Shown here: one piece after another, positions 8,367 through 15,858 of the stretch | Numbering within the stretch: the first letter of the stretch is position 1 | How the letters are laid out: each line of letters starts with the position of its first letter | From: an uncultured Candidatus Saccharibacteria bacterium | GTDB taxonomy: Bacteria; Patescibacteriota; Minisyncoccia; Phycocordibacterales; UBA2135 | DNA length: 60,220 nucleotides | Reading direction: 5' to 3' | Assembly (NCBI GenBank): GCA_964348495.1 | Contig: CAYGCZ010000002.1 | Span: forward strand, 8,588 to 68,807 | Notes under the pieces: model-generated | The model's input: only the letters and a program-made list of their open reading frames with translations | What the model was told of the DNA's origin: nothing | Database searches by the model: none | Position numbers and translations under genes: made by a program

Positions 8367-8404
8367 GGTTGGTCGCCATCGGCGGTCAACCTTTTGTGCT
8401 TTTT
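8367..8404 (+). terminator. Orphan intrinsic terminator-like hairpin in the 8180-8515 intergenic region
   Basis: GGTTGGTCGCC-ATC-GGCGGTCAACC (11 bp including two G-U pairs), followed by TTTTGTGCTTTTT. Confidence 0.5.
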
Positions 8405-8515
8405 CGGAGTGATGTAGAAACGTGATATACTGCCGAAAAAGATAACAATCAAATTTGCAGGCACAAGAAAAATTAACCAATGAGCTTATAGAGATTATCA
8501 AAAAGAAGATTTGAT

Positions 8516-9247
8516 ATGGATAAAAAAGATAATGAAAATGAAATAATCGGTTCAGTAAATGGCGTTTTGAAGTCCCGTCTATTTACAAATGTCTATGGTA
8601 CGTTTGCAATATCATGGGCTATTTTTCATTGGGAGTTTATCTATACGCTCATTTCGGTTAATGAGCAATTGATTTTTGATGCTACGGGATTATTAAAACA
8701 TACGTATCTTCTACATACTTTTTTTGATGTAACCCGTTGGTATTTTTGGTGGTCGTGGATGGCACCTTTCTTCACTACATGGTTTATTATATGGGAACTT
8801 CCAAACAGGGTTTTGTTCCCAGCATTTATAGAGGAAGATACTTTTCGCAGTAAAAAGATGAAAATTCGTCTTGAAAATGATCGTCTTATTTTAGAATCAG
8901 AAACAAAGTTTATTAAAGAAGAAGAGAAACAACTGATCGCTAAAGAAAAAAAGGTGGCTACTCAGAAAAAGGTAGAAGAGACTAGCCCTGAGGTTTTGTG
9001 GGAGAAAGAATATCAAGAATTTAAAAAAAGTCCGCAGTACTCAAGCCTTTTTCTGATTATAAAATCTATTTATGAAGAGAGGGGTGCTATTTCTCGGAAT
9101 GGTATCCCGATTGTGGGAAAGGATTTATTGGCGTATGCGCACTCACACGATCTTGTAGAGATTGAAGATGATAACCTTGCAAGAACAATCTCGCTCACCC
9201 TTAAGGGGAAGTATTTTGTCGCTCAGTATACGCAAGAAAATAAATAA
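8516..9247 (+). CDS. Hypothetical membrane/coiled-coil protein in an AT-rich islet
   Basis: 243-aa ORF with aromatic-rich hydrophobic N-terminal segments, a Lys/Glu-rich middle and a C-terminal globular part. A hairpin and T-tract follow at 9279..9306. I recognise no family. Confidence 0.55.
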   Translation: MDKKDNENEIIGSVNGVLKSRLFTNVYGTFAISWAIFHWEFIYTLISVNEQLIFDATGLLKHTYLLHTFFDVTRWYFWWSWMAPFFTTWFIIWELPNRVLFPAFIEEDTFRSKKMKIRLENDRLILESETKFIKEEEKQLIAKEKKVATQKKVEETSPEVLWEKEYQEFKKSPQYSSLFLIIKSIYEERGAISRNGIPIVGKDLLAYAHSHDLVEIEDDNLARTISLTLKGKYFVAQYTQENK

Positions 9248-9278
9248 AAAATAAGAGTCTCATTTGAGATTTGATATA

Positions 9279-9306
9279 ACCCAAGCACAATGCTTGGGTT
9301 TTTGTT
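9279..9306 (+). terminator. Intrinsic terminator after ORF 8516
   Basis: ACCCAAGCA-CAA-TGCTTGGGT followed by TTTTTGTT. Confidence 0.8.
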
Positions 9307-9317
9307 ATAGTACACCC

Positions 9318-9845
9318 ATGGAATATCTATTCACGTTGCGCGATGAGGACATTTTTCGAGAACCGGAGTTTCCGACCCCTGCATCATATGAGAAGCGGGT
9401 GACGGTAAAAGCGATAGTGCGCAATGAAGCTGGGCTGTATGGATTTGTAACAAACCCTGTCCATGATTGTATTTTGCTTGCGGGTGGCGGTGCGGAAAGC
9501 CCTGATCTTCAAAAGGAGGTACTGCGAGAATGTGATGAAGAGTTATTTTGCGAGGTTGAGGTTATAGGTACTATTGGCACCGCGCACGAATTTCGTAACA
9601 GGAACGGCGTGGAGTATGAGACGGCATGTTATGTTGCCAAGGCGGTGGGTGAGGCGCATGAAGACACCCGTACTGACGATGAAAAAAAGAATGGTCTTTA
9701 TCCCGTTTGGCTTTCTGGTGATGAGGCACTACAAAAGATGAAAATGCAGGAGGAAAAAGTTCGGGCGAGGGAGGTCGCTTTTTACAACACCGCTTTCAAT
9801 ATAATTCGCGACCTGCGTTTTTTTGAGATATTTTTGAGCCGGTGA
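9318..9845 (+). CDS. NUDIX-like hydrolase (degenerate NUDIX box)
   Basis: LAGGGAESPDLQKEVLRECDEELFCEV resembles GX5EX7REUXEEXGU, but the spacing is off. The ORF-track start at 9264 (TTG) lies inside the upstream terminator, so I use the ATG at 9318. Confidence 0.5.
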   Translation: MEYLFTLRDEDIFREPEFPTPASYEKRVTVKAIVRNEAGLYGFVTNPVHDCILLAGGGAESPDLQKEVLRECDEELFCEVEVIGTIGTAHEFRNRNGVEYETACYVAKAVGEAHEDTRTDDEKKNGLYPVWLSGDEALQKMKMQEEKVRAREVAFYNTAFNIIRDLRFFEIFLSR

Positions 9846-9851
9846 TACGGA

Positions 9852-9860
9852 TGCTATACT
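9852..9860 (+). promoter_or_regulatory. Extended -10 (TGCTATACT), 8 nt from ATG 9869
   Basis: Sequence match and spacing. Confidence 0.5.
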
Positions 9861-9868
9861 GAAGATAT

Positions 9869-10312
9869 ATGAAATTAAAAAACATTATTTTTTGCGGGTG
9901 CGGGGAGAGGTGGCAGGATCTCTCGCCGCTTATTCTGCGCTTCATTACAGGTCTCGCCTTTATCATGCATGGGTGGATGAAGTACCCAAACATTGAGGGC
10001 TTCACAGGTTTTCTTACCAGTATGAATGTGCCCATGGCCGCTTTTTTTGGGCCGTTCATCGTCTACTTGGAGATCGTGGGCGGCGGTTTGCTCATCGTCG
10101 GATTGCTGACGCACTGGGTCTCCAAACTGCTTGCGATCAACATGCTCGTCGCGGTGGCGTTGGTGCACTGGAAGAACGGCTTCTTCGTGCAGGATGGAGG
10201 GTATGAGCTCGCGCTTCTCCTCCTTGCCATGTCCCTTTCACTTATGATCACAGGGGCGGGGAGGTGGTCGCTTGATCATCTCTTACTGAAGAAGACACCC
10301 GAACATATGTAG
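9869..10312 (+). CDS. DoxX-family membrane protein
   Basis: LILRFITGLAFIMHGWMKY and four transmembrane segments are typical of DoxX. Confidence 0.8.
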   Translation: MKLKNIIFCGCGERWQDLSPLILRFITGLAFIMHGWMKYPNIEGFTGFLTSMNVPMAAFFGPFIVYLEIVGGGLLIVGLLTHWVSKLLAINMLVAVALVHWKNGFFVQDGGYELALLLLAMSLSLMITGAGRWSLDHLLLKKTPEHM

Positions 10313-10331
10313 ATGGAGTACCCACCCACAC

Positions 10332-10354
10332 AAAAACCGCCTCGGCGGTTTTTG
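10332..10354. terminator. Bidirectional terminator between the convergent doxX and rlmB-like genes
   Basis: AAAAACCGCC-TC-GGCGGTTTTT, with A- and T-tracts on either side. Confidence 0.55.
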
Positions 10355-10473
10355 TGTGTTTAGATATGCGGCGAAAAAAACAATGGGGAGTGCGTATGAA
10401 AAATGTCTGGTTGAGCGAAGCGACCCGAGGACTTTTTCAGGCGTACCTCCCCATTGTTTTTGTACCTCCTCAA

Positions 10474-11229
10474 TTATTTACCGACTACCTTCGGATGCTT
10501 CACGCTCCAGGCGTACATGGCGACGGCGGCGGAGGCGGCGACGTTGAGCGATTCGCAGCCCTTTGCCATGGGGATGGCGAGGAGCTTGTCGCAGTGCTCG
10601 CGCGTCTTTTCGCGAATACCCGTTGACTCATTGCCAAGGATAAGCGCCGACGGCGTGTCGAATGCTTCATTGCCGATCATCTCGGTCGCCTCGCTGGCGA
10701 GGCCGTAGATCCAGAAGCCGCGCTCTTTGAGGTCGCCGATCGTGGTATTGATATTGCCGATCGTCACGAGGGGAATATGGAAGACCATGCCCGCGGAGAC
10801 CTTGGCGACGGTACCAGTGATGGGCGCTTGGTTGTGCTCCGGCATAAAGATAGCCGATGCGCCAAACGCCGCCGCTGAGCGGATGATCGCACCGACGTTA
10901 TGCGGGTCTTGCACTTCGCCGAGGATCACGAAGAGTGTGTTGGGGGTGGCCGCGAACGAACGCATGAAGTCGTGGTATTCGCGCATGAGCTTGCTCGGGT
11001 CGATGACGCCGATCACGCCCTGATGAGCCGCCTGCTCGATCTCCTTGTTCGCGGTTTGTTTCGCCGAGAGGACGCCGATGCGCACATGCGCGCGCTGGAG
11101 AGAGAGGCGCAGTTCGTCATCGCGAAAGTCCTCCGCCAAAAAGACCTTCTCCAGTGCATGGGGAGCTTTGGTGAGGGCTTCGGCTACGGCATGCTTGCCG
11201 TAAATGTATGCTTTGTCGTGTGATGCCAT
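10474..11229 (-). CDS. TrmH/SpoU-family RNA 2'-O-methyltransferase (RlmB-like)
   Basis: Motifs YGKHAVAEAL, VQDPHNVGAIIRSAAAFG, LILGNESTGI and CESLNVAASAAVAMY. Start chosen at MASHDK; upstream in-frame ATGs remain possible. Confidence 0.85.
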   Translation of the reverse strand: MASHDKAYIYGKHAVAEALTKAPHALEKVFLAEDFRDDELRLSLQRAHVRIGVLSAKQTANKEIEQAAHQGVIGVIDPSKLMREYHDFMRSFAATPNTLFVILGEVQDPHNVGAIIRSAAAFGASAIFMPEHNQAPITGTVAKVSAGMVFHIPLVTIGNINTTIGDLKERGFWIYGLASEATEMIGNEAFDTPSALILGNESTGIREKTREHCDKLLAIPMAKGCESLNVAASAAVAMYAWSVKHPKVVGK

Positions 11230-11298
11230 AATAGGTGAAACGATACCATACTTTGTTTCATTTGTCATCATAGGCGAGCTGTGGCAGAATGGGCACAT

Positions 11299-12069
11299 AT
11301 GGCACGACACGGAAAACGGTCCCACCCGACATCACAAAGGTTCAGTCGAGGCGGGCAGGCATTTTCTAAAAAGAACCCAAAGCAGGGCAAGCAGTTTTGG
11401 GACAAGGAATATGCGGGCGCACAGAACCTCGCGCTCTCAACGGAACCGAGCGAGGATGTGGTGAAGTTCACGCGGTTTTTGGAGCGGCATGATCCGGCGG
11501 CGCTTTCGCCGGATGAGCGCGCCGCCGACCTCGGCTGTGGCAACGGGCGCAATCTTGTCCATCTTGCACGCACCTATGGCATAGGCGGGGCGGGCTTTGA
11601 TATCTCACAAGAGGCGATCGCACAGGCACGATCGCTTGGTGAGGGGCTCCACCTCTCATATGAAGTGCGTTCGCTCGCCGATCCTGTTTTGCTCACTGAT
11701 GAGTCGCATGTGATCGTCATCGACGCGATGGCGTCGCATGTGCTCCCCAAGGCGGGGCGCGATCGTTTGCGTGCGGAGGAGGCGCGTATCCTAAAACCGA
11801 ACGGTTGGCTTTTTCTCAAAACCTTTCTCCGCGAGGGCGACCTGCACGCCGAACGCATGTTGCGCGATCACCCGGCTTCCGAAGATGGTTCCTACATCCA
11901 CCCCAAGATCGGCATCATGGAGCACGTCTATACCGAAGAAGATCTTGCCGAGGAGCTCGCGCCGTATTTTGAAGTGGTAAAGACTATCAAATCCTACCGC
12001 CATCGCGACAAGGCGGGCCGCGCCTTCAAACGCCGCAGTATCGTGGTCTATGCGCGGAAGAATGGTTAG
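11299..12069 (+). CDS. Class I SAM-dependent methyltransferase
   Basis: The ADLGCGNGRNLVHLA glycine-rich SAM motif. The start is ambiguous between GTG 11281 and ATG 11299. Confidence 0.75.
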   Translation: MARHGKRSHPTSQRFSRGGQAFSKKNPKQGKQFWDKEYAGAQNLALSTEPSEDVVKFTRFLERHDPAALSPDERAADLGCGNGRNLVHLARTYGIGGAGFDISQEAIAQARSLGEGLHLSYEVRSLADPVLLTDESHVIVIDAMASHVLPKAGRDRLRAEEARILKPNGWLFLKTFLREGDLHAERMLRDHPASEDGSYIHPKIGIMEHVYTEEDLAEELAPYFEVVKTIKSYRHRDKAGRAFKRRSIVVYARKNG

Positions 12070-12087
12070 TACTACAATGCCGGGATT

Positions 12088-12465
12088 ATGGACAGTATCC
12101 ATCAATCCTCAAAGTCTGTCTCCTCGCTTACGAAGCAACAGAATAAGAAAGAGATTGAGCGTCATATTGCATGCAAATCACAACAGCGATGTGGTGTTTT
12201 GCGCAGGTTTGTTTCATTGGAAAAATTTATAGAGGCAAATGAGAGGAGAAAAGATGCCGGTTTGCGATTTAAGGTGTTTTTTGTTGCTCTGGATATTATA
12301 AAAGGGGCACGGTGCTATTCTGAAAAAATACTGGATGGATATCGGTGTTTTGAGATTGTGGGTTGTGCTTGCAGAGGAGAAACAGTAACAGTACATTTGC
12401 GCGAAGAAAGGGACGAGCGTGGTAATAAAACACTCTACCTTATATCTTGTTTCCACAAACCGTGA
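12088..12465 (+). CDS. Hypothetical Cys-containing basic protein (orphan, AT-richer islet)
   Basis: 125-aa ORF followed by a hairpin and T-tract at 12482..12513. No recognisable motif. Confidence 0.45.
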   Translation: MDSIHQSSKSVSSLTKQQNKKEIERHIACKSQQRCGVLRRFVSLEKFIEANERRKDAGLRFKVFFVALDIIKGARCYSEKILDGYRCFEIVGCACRGETVTVHLREERDERGNKTLYLISCFHKP

Positions 12466-12481
12466 TCATTGAAAAGTAAAA

Positions 12482-12513
12482 CCCCCTCCCATAGCATGCT
12501 GGGAGCGGGTTTT
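12482..12513 (+). terminator. Intrinsic terminator after ORF 12088
   Basis: CCCCCTCCC..AGCATGCT..GGGAGCGGG followed by TTTT. Confidence 0.5.
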
Positions 12514-12670
12514 GAGAATCCGTTTTGATGATGCGGAATTTACCAGACATTTTGCAAAAGCAAAACCGAACCGTATCACCAGACTGGGATGTGTCATTAT
12601 TGTATACAATAATGTGCATATATGCAATATGTATCTTGGGTTATGCGGGGAGGGAATTCACCCGCAAAAA

Positions 12671-12700
12671 TTGACTTATATAATAATGTGATGTTATATC
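12671..12700 (+). promoter_or_regulatory. Promoter for ORF 12732
   Basis: TTGACT, an 18-nt spacer containing TG, then TATATC. Confidence 0.45.
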
Positions 12701-12731
12701 TACCGTAGAGTATCTTACTTAAAAGGAGATA

Positions 12732-13082
12732 GTGATGATTTCAGCACATGTCTTGCCTCTCTGTGTGGACAGAGAGAAAACCTGTTTTAATGTAGTACAT
12801 GGAGGCGGTACCTATGCCATTATCGCCTTTAACCAGAAAATCTCTGGTTTTGAGGTCCGGAATGCGTTCTATCAGATGAGCGTGACGCATGGAGGATTGG
12901 ATGAGCTCAATCATGCGCGAAATCTTCTGCAAACGCAGAAGCGTGTCGGCATGATCGTGGCACTCCACGAGCAAGGAAAGCATCTCATCTGGGATCCGGC
13001 AGTGTATAGTCTGTCATGCTGTCATCGGGATGAGACGACATACTATCCGAAAGGAACTCTCTTTATAGGGGTCAACACATGA
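12732..13082 (+). CDS. Hypothetical protein (orphan, AT-richer islet)
   Basis: 116-aa ORF with an AAGGAGA Shine-Dalgarno sequence, an upstream TTGACT-N18-TATATC promoter and a downstream terminator at 13091..13121. Confidence 0.55.
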   Translation: MMISAHVLPLCVDREKTCFNVVHGGGTYAIIAFNQKISGFEVRNAFYQMSVTHGGLDELNHARNLLQTQKRVGMIVALHEQGKHLIWDPAVYSLSCCHRDETTYYPKGTLFIGVNT

Positions 13083-13090
13083 CCTTGAAT

Positions 13091-13121
13091 CGCCGCGCGC
13101 ACCTGCGCCGGCGGTTTTTTT
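13091..13121 (+). terminator. Intrinsic terminator after ORF 12732
   Basis: A GC-rich hairpin CGCCG(C)GCGC-ACCT-GCGCCGGCG followed by TTTTTTT. Confidence 0.75.
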
Positions 13122-13147
13122 GTATCATGGTAGTCTGACAGACGCTA

Positions 13148-13184
13148 CATGGTACTTCATACTTCCTACGTCATACTTTATACT
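13148..13184 (+). promoter_or_regulatory. Conserved upstream box (homologous to 42981..43014) ending in TATACT, 7 nt from ATG 13192
   Basis: 29 of 40 ungapped identities with the smc upstream region. Contains CATACT, ATACT and TATACT. Confidence 0.5.
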
Positions 13185-13191
13185 TAAGGGC

Positions 13192-14853
13192 ATGACCCCC
13201 AATCAACTCCATGAAATGCTCGCCACCTGCTTGCGCGTGCGCGCCGATGCGACGATAGAACCCTCGGCGCGCCGCCGTGTGAGCCGCGATACCAGTATCT
13301 TTGAGCGCATACCGAGTGCTGTCGTTGCCCCGCGCGATACGGCCGATGTTGCCGCCGTGGTGAGATGTGTCCACGGCAAGCGGGCGGCGGGGGAGAATAT
13401 CTCCATCACGGCGCGTTCCGCGGGGACGGACATGACGGGCGGCCCGCTTACGTCTTCGATCGTCATGTCGTTCACTGAACACGTAAACCATATCGGTCCT
13501 GTAGAACATGATGAGATAACGGTGGAGCCCGGCGCGTACTATCGCGATTTGGAGCGGGCGACTCTTGCTTGGGGTCTCCTTCTGCCCAGCTATCCTGCAT
13601 CCAAGGATATCTGTGCCGTCGGCGGCATGATCGCCAACAATGCAGGCGGCGAGCGCACCCTCAAGTACGGCAAGACCGAGCGCTATATACGCTCATTGGA
13701 TGTGGTCTTGTCGGATGGTACGAAGGCGGTGCTCCGACCCCTTTCGCGGGAGGAATTGGAGGAGAAAAAGAAACGCGCGGGTTTGGAGGGCGAGATATAT
13801 CGCCGCATGGAGCGATTGCTTACCGATCATGCATCAGCTATTGAGGAGGCCCGCCCGAAGGTACCTAAGAACTCTGCGGGGTATGCACTTTGGAATGTGA
13901 TCGACCGCAAGCGCGGCATGTTTGATCTTACCCAACTCATCGTCGGTTCGCAGGGGACGCTCGCGCTCGTGACGGGTGCACGCCTTGCGCTTGTTCGCCC
14001 CAAAGAGCATCGCGCCATGCTCATCGTATTCTTGCAGGACCTTAACGCGGTTCCCGAGATCGTTCGTCGCGTGCTCGGGTATGGTCCGGAATCCTTTGAA
14101 TCCTACGATGACCACACCCTCAAGCTCGCCGTGCGTTTCTTTCCTCACATGCTTCGCCAGATGGGTCTTATCCGTGCGGCGTCGCTCGGTCTTTCATTCA
14201 TTCCCGAGGTATGGATGGCGGCAACGGGCGGCGTGCCGCGGCTTATCCTCATGGCCGAGTTTGCCGAAGATACGAAAGAGGAGGCGGTGGCGAAGTGCCG
14301 CGAGGCGCGGCAGGCCCTTGCCGATCTCCCTGTCTCTACGCGTATCGCCTCCTCTTCGGTGTCGGCGCGAAAGTATTGGATCGTGAGGCGCGAGAGCTTT
14401 GCCCTCCTGCGCAAGAATTTGAGCGGCCTCTACGCCGCACCCTTCATCGACGACTTCGTCGTGAGCCCTGATTTTTATCCGGAGTTTCTACCGCGCCTCA
14501 CCGCGCTTTTGGAGCACCATCATCTCATCTACACTATCGCGGGGCATGTCGGCAACGGCAACTTTCATATCATCCCGCTTATGGATTTGAGTGATCCTGC
14601 CGCGCGTGCGATTATCACCGAGCTGGCGCCCAAGGTCTATGCGCTCGTCGTAGAATATGGCGGCTCCATAACGGGCGAGCACAACGATGGCATCATGCGC
14701 ACGCCCTATCTGCCGATGATGTTCGGCGAAAAGATGGTCGCACTCTTCAAAGAAGTGAAAGACATCTTTGATCCTTTGGGTGTCTTCAACCCCGGAAAAA
14801 AGATTGGCGGCACGGTGGAGGATATAGAACGGGACATGATCAAAGAGAGGTAA
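13192..14853 (+). CDS. FAD-linked oxidase/dehydrogenase (PCMH-type, GlcD/D-lactate dehydrogenase-like)
   Basis: ITARSAGTDMTGGPL and VGGMIANNAGGERTLKYG FAD-binding motifs, plus a C-terminal GGSITGEHNDG and FNPGK. The ATG at 13192 lies 7 nt after a TATACT box. Confidence 0.8.
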   Translation: MTPNQLHEMLATCLRVRADATIEPSARRRVSRDTSIFERIPSAVVAPRDTADVAAVVRCVHGKRAAGENISITARSAGTDMTGGPLTSSIVMSFTEHVNHIGPVEHDEITVEPGAYYRDLERATLAWGLLLPSYPASKDICAVGGMIANNAGGERTLKYGKTERYIRSLDVVLSDGTKAVLRPLSREELEEKKKRAGLEGEIYRRMERLLTDHASAIEEARPKVPKNSAGYALWNVIDRKRGMFDLTQLIVGSQGTLALVTGARLALVRPKEHRAMLIVFLQDLNAVPEIVRRVLGYGPESFESYDDHTLKLAVRFFPHMLRQMGLIRAASLGLSFIPEVWMAATGGVPRLILMAEFAEDTKEEAVAKCREARQALADLPVSTRIASSSVSARKYWIVRRESFALLRKNLSGLYAAPFIDDFVVSPDFYPEFLPRLTALLEHHHLIYTIAGHVGNGNFHIIPLMDLSDPAARAIITELAPKVYALVVEYGGSITGEHNDGIMRTPYLPMMFGEKMVALFKEVKDIFDPLGVFNPGKKIGGTVEDIERDMIKER

Positions 14854-14898
14854 AACAGGATTTCCTACGTACGCTCCGCTGTAGTATACTGCCCATAT

Positions 14899-15285
14899 AT
14901 GAAATCGCGTTCAAACCGTATCGTGGCCGGCATCATCGTACTCGCTCTTGCGGGTGTTATCTATATGGTCGCCACCAAAGAACGCGCCCCGAGCAAACTG
15001 GACGGCTTTGCGGCCTGCATCCAAGAGAGTGGCGCGACCTTCTACGGCGCCTTCTGGTGCCCGCACTGCCAGAACCAAAAGGCCATGTTCGGCAGGTCGG
15101 CAAAACTGCTCCCGTATGCGGAGTGTTCCACGCCAGATGGCCGCGGCCAACTTACCGGCTGTAAGGATTTGGCCATCACCACCTACCCGACATGGGTCTT
15201 TGGCGATGGCTCAACGACCACGGGCGAGATCCCGTTGAAGATACTTGCCGAAAAAACCTCCTGCGCACTGCCGCTTGAGGAGTGA
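14899..15285 (+). CDS. Membrane-anchored thioredoxin-fold protein (WCPHC), VKOR-associated Trx-like type
   Basis: An N-terminal transmembrane helix, then FYGAFWCPHCQNQKAMFG and YPTW. Confidence 0.75.
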   Translation: MKSRSNRIVAGIIVLALAGVIYMVATKERAPSKLDGFAACIQESGATFYGAFWCPHCQNQKAMFGRSAKLLPYAECSTPDGRGQLTGCKDLAITTYPTWVFGDGSTTTGEIPLKILAEKTSCALPLEE

Positions 15286-15288
15286 TCT

Positions 15289-15846
15289 ATGAACCCGACG
15301 GTTGTTCAACTCAACTTCCTCCTCGCTCTCGGCACAGTCGCGATGCAGGTCGCGATTCTTTGCCTGCTCGGTTCACTGGTCTACGAGCGCATTGCGAAGC
15401 GCCGTACGGCGGCACTCAATCGCGTGGCGGCGTGGGGTATGTCGCTGGTTGCGGCACTTGCCGTCTTCGGCACCGCGTTCACGCTTCTCTACTCGGAGGT
15501 CTTTGGCTTCGTGCCGTGCTCGCTCTGCTGGTTCCAGCGCATCTTCCTCTACCCGCAGGCGATTGTGGCACCCCTCGCGCTCTTCATGAAAGATACGCGC
15601 TATACCCCCGCATATCTCATAGCCCTCTCGTCCTTCGGATCGCTCTTCGCCCTCTACCAACACTACCTGCAAATGAGCGGTAGTCCGTTGCCATGTCCTG
15701 CGGGCGGGGGAGATTGCGGACAACGCATCGTCTTTGAGTTCGGGTATATAACCTTCCCGCTCATGGCATGGTCGCTCTTTGTGCTTATCATCGTCATTAT
15801 GAGTATTGTTCTTATGCGGCGCGCCGCCGACCGCGCAGCGATCTGA
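15289..15846 (+). CDS. dsbB: Disulfide bond formation protein DsbB (BdbC type)
   Basis: VPCSLCWFQRIFLYP, four transmembrane segments and a second Cys pair (CPAGGGDC) in the distal loop. Confidence 0.8.
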   Translation: MNPTVVQLNFLLALGTVAMQVAILCLLGSLVYERIAKRRTAALNRVAAWGMSLVAALAVFGTAFTLLYSEVFGFVPCSLCWFQRIFLYPQAIVAPLALFMKDTRYTPAYLIALSSFGSLFALYQHYLQMSGSPLPCPAGGGDCGQRIVFEFGYITFPLMAWSLFVLIIVIMSIVLMRRAADRAAI

Positions 15847-15858
15847 TCCCCGCCTCAT

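Noticed and set aside
10354-10708. Small + strand ORFs (10354..10626, 10356..10547, 10454..10708)
   Set aside because: They start inside or just after the bidirectional terminator and run antisense into the well-supported TrmH-family gene. Their composition is low-complexity Gly/Arg.
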